Positions 38,101 through 47,739 of a stretch of 64,000 nt of DNA are shown here, one piece after another (position 1 is the stretch's first letter; every line of letters starts with the position of its first letter). Source of the stretch: a virus; IMG/VR virus record IMGVR_UViG_3300021963_005763, positions 39,954-103,953 of that record, one strand, 5' to 3'. The translations under genes and the position numbers were made by a program. The notes beneath the pieces were generated by a model that was not told the origin of the DNA, made no database searches, and saw only the letters and a list, made by a program, of their open reading frames with translations.

Positions 38101-40335
38101 ACTGCGGCTACCTCTACTAATTCAGGGGCATTACAGGTTGTAGGTGGAGCCGGTATTGGTGGAAAATTATATGTAGGAGGTCTAACTCAAAGCACTACAA
38201 CAGTTATAATGTATTATAACAGTTCAACTGGAGAAATTAGTTATGGCCCTTACTTTGCTTCTAGTGGAGGGGGTAGCGGTGTAATAAGCCCCTATAGTGG
38301 TATTTTCACTATCACCAATACAACTCAGGCAACAAGTACAAATACAGGCGCACTTCAAGTAACAGGTGGAGTAGGAATAAATCAGAATCTTATAGTAGCA
38401 GGTCAAACCACAGTTACAAATACCACGCAGGCGACATCTACACTTACAGGCGCACTTCAGGTAAGAGGTGGAGCAGGTGTTGGAGGTAACATATATGTAG
38501 GTGGTAGTGTAGTTGTAGGATCTGGTACAGGGGGCAGTATTGATGGCATTAATATATTAACTGCTACCACTGTTATCATATCAGGATCAGCTAATAGCAC
38601 AAGCACTAACACTGGAGTATTACAGGTAGCAGGTGGGGTTGGTATCAACCGAGATCTTTATGTAGGTGGCACAGTCAGCATAGGCACAGGTAGTGGAGGA
38701 GTACTTACAGGATTGGCTGGTGTTACCACAACTAATCTTGTAGTATCTGGGCTAACTAATTCTACCTCAACTACGACTGGCGCACTTCAGGTTAGAGGTG
38801 GAGTAGGTATTGGTGGTAATCTTGTTGTAGGTGGTGCAATAACCGCTACCAGTATTGTTATAAATGGCTTTTCAGTCAGTACTTCTTCAGGAGGAACTAC
38901 CAGTCCTTACAGTGGTATATTTACTATGACTAATTTTACCTCTGCTACAAGCACAAACACAGGTGCTCTACAAGTAGCAGGAGGAGTTGGCATAGGTGGA
39001 GAAATCTATGCTGGTGGACATATTGTTTCTGATAGAATCATACAATCACCCTTCCCAATTAGTAGCCCACGAAATGTTTTATTTAGAGGAACTGGAGTAT
39101 TAACGTCTGGAACATCATTCTCTGCTGCATTTACAGGACCTACAAAGTCCACGGTTCATCCCAATGGTATGTTTTTAGCTGTGGCATTTTATGGTGGGAA
39201 TGGCGTCCAGGTTATGTCCATAAACACATCTACAGGTCTACTTTCTAGTACTTTTAGTCAAAACGGACTAGGTAACTGTTATGATATAACCTTTCATCCT
39301 AAAGGTAAGTTTGCCTATGTTGCTGGTTACCAAAACAATTTAATCTATGCCTATACAGTCAGCCAACTTATTGGGGTGTTAACGCCGATAACCAGTTACG
39401 CCACAGGCAGTGCAAATCCTCAAAGTGTTTGGGTTGATCCTACAGGCAGATTCTTGTTCTCTGCCAATTATACTGGTAACAGTGTTTCTGTATGGCGTAT
39501 AGATCAAACTAGCGGAGCTTTGACCAGCGTTCAATCGGGCTTAGGAATAGGTGGACTTGCTGTAGATCTTTGTACTGATAACACGGGTCGATTTTTGTTT
39601 GTATTGAATAGATCTACCAATAGTGTAATGACTTACAGTATTAATCAAGTTACAGGACAACTTACATCACTTTCTTCAATAAACACAGGAATAAATGGAC
39701 CTTACACACTTACCCTACATCCCAATGGCCGATTTATCTATGTAGCCAGTGGATCAAACAGTGCTATATGCTACTTTGAAATAAATCAAACTACAGGCGC
39801 TCTTACTTATATAAACAGTGTAGCGGCAGGATCAGCTAATGGATTATATCAAATTAAGATAGAACCAACTGGTAATATTCTTTACGCCTATAACTATACT
39901 GATAGTAGATTTTTTCAGTATTATATTGATCCTGGTTCAGGAGATCTGAAACAAATAGGTGCTACACCTACTGTGCTTCAAGGACAATATTTCAGCATTG
40001 ATCCTACCGGTAAGTACCTTTATCTCAGCTACCTTAATGATCAAAGAGTATCACCGTTTATAATCAATAACTTTCATGTAGGATCATTAACAGTAGCAGG
40101 ATCAATAGTAGTAGGTACTGCAGGCACAGGTAATATAACTAATGTAGGATTATTCAGTGCTACTACAGTAGTGGTTTCTGGAGCAACTGCTTCTACAGGA
40201 ACAAATACAGGGGCATTGACTGTTACAGGCGGAGCAGGCATAGGTGGTGACTTATATGCCGGCGGAAATGTCTATGCAGGCGGTGTAGATGTTAAAGCAT
40301 TAGCATTAGCAATGAGTGTAGCGTTTGGTATGTAA
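35164..40335 (+). CDS. Long tail fibre-like protein with lactonase-type beta-propeller near the C-terminus
   Basis: More than 10 GALQVxGGxGIGG repeats; blades HPNG/HPKG/DPTG/DNTG followed by (F/Y)xY at about 39130-40070. Confidence 0.72.
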   Translation: MALDKDFKVKNGLVVVSTLTIQSTSQSISTTTGAVQVVGGLGLAGNLIVGGNQNTAGIFSVTNTTLATSTATGALQVAGGVGIGGDVWIRGQLNVAGGINAVITGTISTATNIQGGTAGQLPYQSSPGNTGFAGPGTAGQILISGGTSGPSFVNTASFKVGYADSADKWTTSRTLTLSGDLSGSASFDGSSNITLTATVVTDSVALGTDTTGIYVAQGSTAGFGISGSANTEGSTFTITSNATSSNTVSSLVYRDASGNFSAGTITASLTGNVTGNLTGTADSSTKWTSSRTLTLAGDLSGSASFDGSSNFTLTATIANDSVALGTDTTGIYVAQAATSGFGISGSANTEGSNFTVSSNATSSNVVSTIVFRDASGNFRTNALNIDSTTNSNATNSGALQVAGGAGIGGNLYVGGTIVAQQLTIEYTTVTTTLVTTDDIIQTTNTSSASSTSTGALRVSGGVGIGGAVYIGATSFIAGSQIVTTSTLGTVGVSSITAGTDTQVSASTGAVSIWGTSTLQSVTNRGSSTNNAVSITNTTTASSTNSGALQVVGGVGVGGNLFVGGNVNIRGVATGTITTATNVANGTAGQLVYQSSPGVTAFVGPGAAGQLLLSAGTGAPVYYNTGSLVVGYSSNILLGTAGQLLYQTAPDVTGFVGPGTAGQILLSQGANIPVYRNTSSLLVGYSSNIFGGTIGQIPYQSAPNTTLFVGPGTAGQILVSTGASAPQYQNTLTLAGTTAATSTNSGAFQVVGGVGIGGAVYIANTSFISGAQILTTATVNSFVTSGVSSVTAGTDTQVSTSTGAVSIWGTSTLQSVTNRGSSTNNAISITNTTSATSTTTGALIVTGGAGFGQDVYIGRTLSVGGAAGGSITGVTYLTATNVFVDGTTAATSTNTGALQIIGGVGVGGNLFVGGNLNIRGIATGTITTATNLAGGTPGQVPYQTAAGLTSFYGPGTAGNILVSNGTSAPSYNNTLTLTGATAATSTNSGALQVVGGAGIGGKLYVGGLTQSTTTVIMYYNSSTGEISYGPYFASSGGGSGVISPYSGIFTITNTTQATSTNTGALQVTGGVGINQNLIVAGQTTVTNTTQATSTLTGALQVRGGAGVGGNIYVGGSVVVGSGTGGSIDGINILTATTVIISGSANSTSTNTGVLQVAGGVGINRDLYVGGTVSIGTGSGGVLTGLAGVTTTNLVVSGLTNSTSTTTGALQVRGGVGIGGNLVVGGAITATSIVINGFSVSTSSGGTTSPYSGIFTMTNFTSATSTNTGALQVAGGVGIGGEIYAGGHIVSDRIIQSPFPISSPRNVLFRGTGVLTSGTSFSAAFTGPTKSTVHPNGMFLAVAFYGGNGVQVMSINTSTGLLSSTFSQNGLGNCYDITFHPKGKFAYVAGYQNNLIYAYTVSQLIGVLTPITSYATGSANPQSVWVDPTGRFLFSANYTGNSVSVWRIDQTSGALTSVQSGLGIGGLAVDLCTDNTGRFLFVLNRSTNSVMTYSINQVTGQLTSLSSINTGINGPYTLTLHPNGRFIYVASGSNSAICYFEINQTTGALTYINSVAAGSANGLYQIKIEPTGNILYAYNYTDSRFFQYYIDPGSGDLKQIGATPTVLQGQYFSIDPTGKYLYLSYLNDQRVSPFIINNFHVGSLTVAGSIVVGTAGTGNITNVGLFSATTVVVSGATASTGTNTGALTVTGGAGIGGDLYAGGNVYAGGVDVKALALAMSVAFGM
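35665..36297 (+). repeat. Internal duplication (354-nt period, KWT.SRTLTL...RDASGNF x2)
   Basis: Two near-identical protein blocks starting at 35665 and 36019. Confidence 0.85.
36634..37660 (+). repeat. Dispersed ~145-nt direct repeat (about 36634-36780 and 37516-37660)
   Basis: Includes an identical 26-nt stretch GGAGCCGTATCTATATGGGGAACATC at 36685 and 37567. Confidence 0.85.
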
Positions 40336-40356
40336 ATAAAGAATTAGAGGAAAATT

Positions 40357-43242
40357 ATGGGAAAAAGACAAGAACGAAGTTGGGTTTTTACACCGGGGGC
40401 TATTGGTGTGGGGACTATCGTTATTCCAGGTAATATACGATTAGAACAAATATTATTAATAACTAATGTAACAAGAAACATAATTCTTTATAATTTTGCC
40501 GATGTTGCTTATGCCAGCACTACTGTAGTTCATACAGCTAGCGATCAAGCTACTAATTTTCCTAAAATTACTCAACGTGAATCTGGTTATACTACTATTA
40601 CACTACGTGTAAACACAACTAGTCATAATGCCAACGACAGATTAAGTATTTTAATAGAAGAAACTGAAGCACTGTTTAGACCATTTAGATTTGGTACAGA
40701 CGCAATTGAACGTATAAGAATAAGTCAAGGCCAGTCTATGATTGATGCTGACTTTGAATACGGGCTACAGCCTACTAAGTGGGCAGCGTATGGTCTTGTT
40801 AGGGGTTATAATTCTATATACGAAATTCCTGGTGTAGATTTGACAATTACCAGCATTATCACAGAAGGACAAAGCCCTAAGAGTACTATTTCTTTGGTTA
40901 CTAATATCCCTCATGGCATATCACCGGGACAGGCTGTTAGTGTTACCGGAGTAAATGATAACATTACAGGATTCAGTCGAGCAGATGGTTTATTTTTTGT
41001 ATCTTCTGCAAGCAATGTCACAATTACATATACAGCATGGGGAGTAGTTGGTTCTGCCGGACAGTCTTTATTGAGTGATGCTACAAATATCAGACGTGCT
41101 GGCATTTACACTGGCGCAACTTTGAATGTTGCATCAATTTCGGGGGGTGGAACTACAATGACTGTTACATTTAACAGTAATCACGGGCTAGTTCCAGGAA
41201 GTCCAATTTTTGCCAGTGCCTCTGGAGGAACTAACCCGCAAAATGCCACAGGCCCATTTTATGTAACATCAGTCCCTAGCGCAATTCAAATTACTTATAC
41301 AGCAGTTGCAACTTCATCACCTACCTCGGTGGCTATCTATTGTATCAGCGGAGCTCAAATTATTCATAGACCGTTTGACGGCGGAGTAATATTATCAACC
41401 GGTGTGCCGAGTTATGGTGCTAATGTCATTAGAATTAGTAAAAAGTATTTTAGATATCAATCTGGTAAAGGATTGTTATGGTCCACAGGCACCCTATTCA
41501 AACCTAATTACGATATAGAAAATCTAACACAGTCAGGATCAGTTGCAGGCAGCACATTGACTATAACTGTAGACAATATTGTTCACGGATTACAGGTAGG
41601 TTGTCAAATTCGAGTTGAAGGATTTACAGCTACTCCTGAATATAATCAATTATATACAGTGGCCAGTATCGTAGATGATTATGCTTTTACAGTTACTACA
41701 CCGACCGCAGTAAACCCATCAGGACCTACATTTGGGCAAACTCAAAAAGTGGTAGTAGAGAACTGGCACGGAGCAACAATTAGGGCAGGGTGTTTTGATG
41801 ATCAAAACGGGATGTTTTGGGAATTTGATGGTATGAATATCTGTGTGGTTAGAAGGGCAGCTACACAACAGTTATTAGGATTAGTAACAATAAACAGTAA
41901 CAGCAATCAAGTAACAGGTGCGACTACTAAATTTAGATCACAAGTTAGAGCAGGAGACAAGATAGTTATACGAGGAATGACACATGTTGTAACTGCGGTT
42001 AACAGCGACACGTCTATGTTTGTTAATCCTGACTACAGGGGTTCTACAAACGCAGTTCAGGTTAAAGCTAGTATTGTGATAGAAACACGAGCAAGACAAC
42101 AAGAATTTAATATTGATAGGTTTGACGGGACTGGCCCATCTGGATTTGTGTTAAATTTCAATCGTATGCACATGCTTGGTATTCAGTACACATGGTACGG
42201 TGCTGGTTTTATTGACTTTATGTGTAGAGGCAGTGACGGTAATTGGTTGTTTGCACATAGAATTAAAAATAACAATATTAACTATGAAGCTCATATGAGA
42301 ACCGGTAATTTACCTGTACGATATAGCATTGAAAATGAACCTGCTGTAAACTCTTATCTCACAGCAGCTATGACTTCTATACAAAATACCATAACTTTAC
42401 AAGACAATACATTTTATCCAAATACAGGCACTGTTTATATAGATAACGAATTGATAAATTATACAGGAAAATCAGGACTGACATTGTTAACAGGCTGTAC
42501 TCGAGCAGCTACTCTAACTCAATGGATTAATGGAGGCACACAGTCATTTACAGCAGGCACAGCTGACATTCATTCAGTTGGTACCGGAGTGTTATTGATT
42601 TCAAACTATGCCAGTCCCACTTTGAGTCATTGGGGTAGTGCGTTATTATGTGACGGTATGTTTGATAATGATCGTGGTTACATTTTTAGTTATCAACGAA
42701 CAGACCAACAAATTGTATTGAGCAATGGTACTAGTACACAATTTGTGTTAAGATTAGCACCTAGTGTGAGCAATGGACAAATAGGTAACCTAGGCACTAG
42801 AGATTTATTAAATAGAAGTACTTTGTTACTTCAAAGTATTACCATATCTACTTCTAGATCAGCCAACCAACCAAACAGTGTGATTTGTGAAGGTGTTCTT
42901 AATCCGAAAAATCTAACAGGTGCTACGTACTTTGCCTTAAACGGCGAATCGGTAGGTGGACAACCTAGTTTCGCACAAATCGGAACTTCCCCTTCATTTA
43001 GCAGCGGCACTTATGCCTTACCGGGTGAACAGGTTTTTGCTTTTGCCTGTAACCCTAACTCTGACGCAACCTTAGACCTAACTCAATTGAAGGAATTATC
43101 TAACAGTCCATTTGGCGGTTCGGGTGTATATCCAGATGGACCGGATACATTGGCCATTAATGTACGTGTGTCTGGTGGCCAAAGTGGTAGTGCTGAAGTG
43201 AGACTGGCTATTTTATTGCGTTGGTCAGAAGCTCAAGCCTAA
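40357..43242 (+). CDS. Large virion structural protein (fibre/baseplate-associated)
   Basis: LLITNVTRNIILYNFAD and IDADFEYGLQPTKW motifs; TAAATA at 40333-40338. Confidence 0.6.
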   Translation: MGKRQERSWVFTPGAIGVGTIVIPGNIRLEQILLITNVTRNIILYNFADVAYASTTVVHTASDQATNFPKITQRESGYTTITLRVNTTSHNANDRLSILIEETEALFRPFRFGTDAIERIRISQGQSMIDADFEYGLQPTKWAAYGLVRGYNSIYEIPGVDLTITSIITEGQSPKSTISLVTNIPHGISPGQAVSVTGVNDNITGFSRADGLFFVSSASNVTITYTAWGVVGSAGQSLLSDATNIRRAGIYTGATLNVASISGGGTTMTVTFNSNHGLVPGSPIFASASGGTNPQNATGPFYVTSVPSAIQITYTAVATSSPTSVAIYCISGAQIIHRPFDGGVILSTGVPSYGANVIRISKKYFRYQSGKGLLWSTGTLFKPNYDIENLTQSGSVAGSTLTITVDNIVHGLQVGCQIRVEGFTATPEYNQLYTVASIVDDYAFTVTTPTAVNPSGPTFGQTQKVVVENWHGATIRAGCFDDQNGMFWEFDGMNICVVRRAATQQLLGLVTINSNSNQVTGATTKFRSQVRAGDKIVIRGMTHVVTAVNSDTSMFVNPDYRGSTNAVQVKASIVIETRARQQEFNIDRFDGTGPSGFVLNFNRMHMLGIQYTWYGAGFIDFMCRGSDGNWLFAHRIKNNNINYEAHMRTGNLPVRYSIENEPAVNSYLTAAMTSIQNTITLQDNTFYPNTGTVYIDNELINYTGKSGLTLLTGCTRAATLTQWINGGTQSFTAGTADIHSVGTGVLLISNYASPTLSHWGSALLCDGMFDNDRGYIFSYQRTDQQIVLSNGTSTQFVLRLAPSVSNGQIGNLGTRDLLNRSTLLLQSITISTSRSANQPNSVICEGVLNPKNLTGATYFALNGESVGGQPSFAQIGTSPSFSSGTYALPGEQVFAFACNPNSDATLDLTQLKELSNSPFGGSGVYPDGPDTLAINVRVSGGQSGSAEVRLAILLRWSEAQA

Positions 43243-43352
43243 ACGATTTGTAGGTAAATAACTGATTATATCAGTTTATATTATGACTTTATCTCAAAAA
43301 AATTGTTTAGGATTATCTGCGTCTATAAATAGAGGTGCCATTAGGTAATTAT

Positions 43353-43589
43353 ATGGCAAATTTAATCCCGCCAACAGGTGCTCAAATATCGTTCGGTGCT
43401 GTAAATCAGGCATTTACTAACCTTACACCAGGATCGACAGGTAATGCTCCAAGTGGCGGTCAAAATATTAAACTTAGCGCGGTGTTAGGATCAAAACCAA
43501 CCTATGGAATTGGACAAACTACAGGAACACAGATTAGTTTTTCACTGACCTTCGGCGGGAAATCCACACCTTACAATTATCCAGGATAA
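43353..43589 (+). CDS. Small hypothetical protein
   Basis: TATAAATA at 43324-43331; ATG 43353 (MANLIPPTGAQISF); internal QISF repeat. Confidence 0.5.
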   Translation: MANLIPPTGAQISFGAVNQAFTNLTPGSTGNAPSGGQNIKLSAVLGSKPTYGIGQTTGTQISFSLTFGGKSTPYNYPG

Positions 43590-43591
43590 GC

Positions 43592-44062
43592 ATGAAAGTA
43601 ACTGATATAGATAAAATATTAAAATCAGCAACTACAACTACAAAATGGGAATTAGATAATATAGTATATTGGGATAGAACAACCAATCCTCAAACATTAT
43701 TAAATTTCCTCAATAGAATACTACATCTTAGTCATATAGAATTTAAAAGTTGTACTGAAACTGTAGAATTAGAATATCTATTGTCTATGTTAGACGATTT
43801 AGATGTTAGAGAATGTTGTGATATTTTAGATTCTAGTAATGATGAAGATGTTAAAATGAGATTTATAGAAAATCTAGCTAGAACTTGTGCCATAGAAACG
43901 TTAACTATGGGTAAGCTCAGTTTTGAAAGCATGAATACCGCTTGTAAATTAAGTCCTACTGATTTTATACTATGCGCTAAACGCACCCAGGATCTAATTA
44001 ATGCCATACATGGTTTAGTAATAAAGGGTGAAACTCTAAGCAAAGATGTGGCGGGCGCATGA
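43592..44062 (+). CDS. Hypothetical protein
   Basis: 156-aa ORF coupled to the glycosyltransferase gene by an ATGA overlap. Confidence 0.55.
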   Translation: MKVTDIDKILKSATTTTKWELDNIVYWDRTTNPQTLLNFLNRILHLSHIEFKSCTETVELEYLLSMLDDLDVRECCDILDSSNDEDVKMRFIENLARTCAIETLTMGKLSFESMNTACKLSPTDFILCAKRTQDLINAIHGLVIKGETLSKDVAGA

Positions 44063-44712
44063 AAAAGTCAGTTTTTGGAACTACAACATGGAGTAATAAG
44101 AAAGGTAAGCTAGCTGTATGTATTCCAGTGCGAGATACCTTACATAGTGCTCATGCTCTATGTCTAGCTGAAATGGTAAAATTAAACACTCAAAATAATA
44201 TAGATACGCATGTTTTTATGGATGCCAGTACCATATTATTAACGCAACGTGAACACCTAGCCACTGAAGCACTTAATTTAGGGTCAGAATATACTTTATG
44301 GTTAGACAGTGATATTACTTTCCCTAGTAGCATTGCTATGAGATTAATGTCACATAATGAACCTTTGGTAGCATGTAATTACATAAGGCGCCAACTACCG
44401 GCAAAAGGTGTGGCCTATGAAGTTATAGGAGATTGGCAAAACCCACTATCCTTTGACATCGAGGATGAATTAGTTGATGTACAAGGAGTAGGTATGGGTT
44501 GTATGCTTATGAAAACTGAAATTTTAACTAAGATACAAAAACCTTGGTTTGAATTTGGTTGGAGTCCAGACTCTAATGACTTTCTTGGAGAAGATATGCT
44601 GTTTTGTCAAAAGGCTACAAAGGCTGGATACACGGTAAAAATTGATACAGCATTGAGCCACGAATTAAGGCACTTAGGAACCTGGGCGTTTGGTCCTGAT
44701 TTGTTAGATTAA
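44059..44712 (+). CDS. GT-A fold (family 2-like) glycosyltransferase
   Basis: VCIP start, LWLDSD (DxD), GMGCMLM, GED..FC, H.G motifs. Confidence 0.75.
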   Translation: MKKSVFGTTTWSNKKGKLAVCIPVRDTLHSAHALCLAEMVKLNTQNNIDTHVFMDASTILLTQREHLATEALNLGSEYTLWLDSDITFPSSIAMRLMSHNEPLVACNYIRRQLPAKGVAYEVIGDWQNPLSFDIEDELVDVQGVGMGCMLMKTEILTKIQKPWFEFGWSPDSNDFLGEDMLFCQKATKAGYTVKIDTALSHELRHLGTWAFGPDLLD

Positions 44713-45144
44713 TTCTAATATAAGTTCTAACTTTGCCTTAATAATTTTATTATTGAAACTGTTCTTAACACCTTGATGTAATGGTCTAGGCCATTGTGAA
44801 TAATTACACCAAGCATAACCAGCATGTTCTAAATTTAGTCTAGGTATAAATTCGTTTTCAATAACCAAAACATAGGTATTATATTGAAATTTTTGGTCGT
44901 AACTGACAAATAACTCTAGAGGAATAGTTTTGATTATATCAGGAATATCTCCAATCTCTTCCTCGATTTCTCTCTTTAGAGTGTCGTAGGCTGTATTATC
45001 ATTGGGTTCTTTTTTGCCACCTACAAATCCCCACTGACCTGCCGTTTTGCCCTGCGTCCTCAGTAAAAATAAAAATCTTTGAGTTTCTTTAGATAAAAAT
45101 AAACCACCACTACATATAATTTGATTTAGAGAACTAGGCGCCAT
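44704..45144 (-). CDS. Nudix hydrolase
   Basis: Nudix box GGKKEPNDNTAYDTLKREIEEEIG. Confidence 0.85.
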   Translation of the reverse strand: MAPSSLNQIICSGGLFLSKETQRFLFLLRTQGKTAGQWGFVGGKKEPNDNTAYDTLKREIEEEIGDIPDIIKTIPLELFVSYDQKFQYNTYVLVIENEFIPRLNLEHAGYAWCNYSQWPRPLHQGVKNSFNNKIIKAKLELILELI

Positions 45145-46523
45145 AACTTGCTATCGTATACTCCTTCAAAGGTCTTACTCCAATCGCCATTGTTATATTG
45201 ATATTGCGTGCCTGTGAAAGAATTAGTAACATATATTACACTAGAAGAAGCACTAGAGTCAAATATTAAGGACCATGAGGAACCATTCCATTCTATTATA
45301 TCATTGGCGCTTGCACGAAAATCTGTTAGATTAGAATTTTTCCATGCTACTGGACCATCATAACCTACAGAGCCAAACTGTGCGTTATCGTTGATGCCTT
45401 CTAGGATTAAGAATCTAGTACCTGCTGTTAATCCACTTGGATTGTAGGTCAATGGATTAACTATAGCATCTATTGTTCCTCTACCCGATAAAATAGTATT
45501 TGTGGGTATGGTATCAGTGTCAACATTCAATACCATGGCAAAATCATCTGTGGGATTTAGGCTTATATAGGCAATAATCTCAGTACCACCTTCTTGACTA
45601 AATCGTAGAGTGCTTATACCCGCACGAAATTTGCCAGGATATAGATTTAACAATGCGTGCCATGATACACTGTTTCTAGGATCTGTAAGATCTATTTGAT
45701 CGCCTACTGTGCCGTCTAAAATTAACCTTGCAGACCCATTCAATACTAGCAATTTGTAGTTGCCAGGTGTAACTATAATATCTGTATCTGGACTTATACC
45801 ATCGAAAACATTGCTAGCGCCTGAAATATTATAACTTGTTTGAATTGTGCCCTGTGCTCCAGAGCCAAATATGTTGTTTATAATCTTAGTTACTACCCCT
45901 AATTTCTTTACCTTAGCAGGTGGAGTAATCCAAATTGGAGCACTAAAAGTTAGAGTAAGTATATCTATATCTTCTGCCACACCCTGCGGGATGGTTCTTG
46001 ATGTAAATGTCTGACTGTCTAGGTGTAAAACACTCAGACTGGTCCAATCGATGTAGTTGTCGGTGGTCTGTATTTCAAAACTCGGGTTAAAAAATACAAC
46101 TATTTGTTCCCAAATTTGTAATTTTTGATCTACACTAGTAGACCATATATCTGCATTCATGGTTAAAGTATATGGACTTGGCATTATACGTTCTACTGTA
46201 TAATTTGATCCCTGCGTGTTTATATAATCTCCCTGAGCATTTACATCACGTTCTCTGATATTAATCTTGCTGATAAATGTGGGATCTTGTAGCCTAGGCC
46301 TGTCATATTGAATATCTTTTATGTAGCAGGCAATAAACGGCGCACTAGGCATGGTATTTTCACTGTTTTTCTTAAGAATTTGTGCTACCTGTCTACTCAT
46401 GTCTCCATATCGTACAGGAATTTGTACTATATTACCTCTGCCATCTTTATAGGCAAAGTTGCTCATAACATTCATAAATTGGCTGACAAATCGTCTTACT
46501 TGGCCGTCATAAAAATAATCCAT
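45126..46523 (-). CDS. gp15: Tail terminator / sheath stabiliser, gp15-like, with C-terminal extension
   Basis: YFYD.Q.RR..QF, IPVRYG, P.PY.L, QI.EQI..FF.P motifs; next to the neck genes. Confidence 0.75.
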   Translation of the reverse strand: MDYFYDGQVRRFVSQFMNVMSNFAYKDGRGNIVQIPVRYGDMSRQVAQILKKNSENTMPSAPFIACYIKDIQYDRPRLQDPTFISKINIRERDVNAQGDYINTQGSNYTVERIMPSPYTLTMNADIWSTSVDQKLQIWEQIVVFFNPSFEIQTTDNYIDWTSLSVLHLDSQTFTSRTIPQGVAEDIDILTLTFSAPIWITPPAKVKKLGVVTKIINNIFGSGAQGTIQTSYNISGASNVFDGISPDTDIIVTPGNYKLLVLNGSARLILDGTVGDQIDLTDPRNSVSWHALLNLYPGKFRAGISTLRFSQEGGTEIIAYISLNPTDDFAMVLNVDTDTIPTNTILSGRGTIDAIVNPLTYNPSGLTAGTRFLILEGINDNAQFGSVGYDGPVAWKNSNLTDFRASANDIIEWNGSSWSLIFDSSASSSVIYVTNSFTGTQYQYNNGDWSKTFEGVYDSKLWRLVL

Positions 46524-46524
46524 A

Positions 46525-47712
46525 TTATAAATCTGCCCTTGGTTTTAGTGCTTTGCTTAGTGCCTGACGTTCTTGAACAATCTCGCCTGCTACAGTGGCA
46601 GTGTTTATATTATTGACAAAAGTGGCTTTGAGTTTTTGTCTTACCAAATTACTGTCATTTGTCTGTGTGGGTCCTAAAGTACTGACGGTCATACGAACAT
46701 TATCCTCAAATCTTGTCCAAACAGTGCCGCTATATCTATACAATCTATTAGGAAGATAGTCGGTTCTTAGAAAAAATTGACCTTGTACAGGGCTACTTGG
46801 GAACACAATACCAAATCCATAAGGGGCACCATCTGGCGGAACTCCATCACCTGTAAGATATCCTATGTAATAATTCTGTGAAGGTGTTTCTAAAGTGGCC
46901 GCAGCATTAATAACGGTTGAACTGGCATCTAAATCGGTGTCGCTAACATCTGCTGTGTCTACAAGATTACGTGTATTTTTTGGTATGATAAAAAATTGTC
47001 TAGTTTCATAACCACTTTTTGGAACATCTTCTTCTGCTTGTAGAATAACCTGCTCATTGATTTCGATACTACGATTATATTCACTTAATAAATCTCTCAA
47101 ACTCGTGCCATCGTCTGCTCCGGCATCTTGATCCAGTATCTGACTGAATTCTTGGCGATCAACCAATGGTTGACATTTGGCTCTAATTAAATGAGGATAC
47201 CAAGTTTGACTGTAACCGCTAGCAGGTCTTGTCACTTCACTGACTACATAAAACCTTTTTAACGCAACTAGGTTATCATCTAGTGCGTACTCATCTTTTT
47301 GATGTGGTAATTCTAATACATCACCTGCCATGATTTTTCTTCCAAGAGCATCATAACTGCTTCTAAGATGAAAAGTGATCATTATATTATCGTTTTGTAG
47401 AAACAGACCAAATTGACTGAGATTGAAATCAACATCCTGTAAAGTATAAATGCCTCTTACTACATAGACATCTTCGTCATATTTTCTATCTCTATTTTCT
47501 AAAAACAATAGATCTTGTATACCTAATTCTGGTATGGCGTTAGATTGATTAGGTTGACTTGGTGTACTTTCGCCTGCGTCAGGTTCAACAGGTCCTACAT
47601 ACTTATGTATGAAAATATCAGTACCGCCGACTTGAAATTGTTCATTAATCGCACGGTCTAGAAAACGAAAATCCTTACCCTTTTCTGGGCGGTACAGGGA
47701 AAGTCTAGGCAT
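46525..47712 (-). CDS. Neck protein, gp14-like
   Basis: LSQFGLFL, GDVLELPH motifs; start moved to ATG 47712 (MPRLSLY), 7 nt from TAAATA. Confidence 0.65.
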   Translation of the reverse strand: MPRLSLYRPEKGKDFRFLDRAINEQFQVGGTDIFIHKYVGPVEPDAGESTPSQPNQSNAIPELGIQDLLFLENRDRKYDEDVYVVRGIYTLQDVDFNLSQFGLFLQNDNIMITFHLRSSYDALGRKIMAGDVLELPHQKDEYALDDNLVALKRFYVVSEVTRPASGYSQTWYPHLIRAKCQPLVDRQEFSQILDQDAGADDGTSLRDLLSEYNRSIEINEQVILQAEEDVPKSGYETRQFFIIPKNTRNLVDTADVSDTDLDASSTVINAAATLETPSQNYYIGYLTGDGVPPDGAPYGFGIVFPSSPVQGQFFLRTDYLPNRLYRYSGTVWTRFEDNVRMTVSTLGPTQTNDSNLVRQKLKATFVNNINTATVAGEIVQERQALSKALKPRADL

Positions 47713-47719
47713 AGTCGTA

Positions 47720-47734
47720 TATTTATGGTAAATA
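47720..47734. promoter_or_regulatory. Back-to-back late promoters for the two neck genes
   Basis: TATTTA 47720-47725 (TAAATA on -) and TAAATA 47729-47734 (+) within a 27-bp gap. Confidence 0.7.
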
Positions 47735-47739
47735 GCAGT

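Noticed and set aside
43260-43276. Palindrome AACTGAT-tat-ATCAGTT
   Set aside because: Single short AT-rich inverted repeat with no second copy noticed
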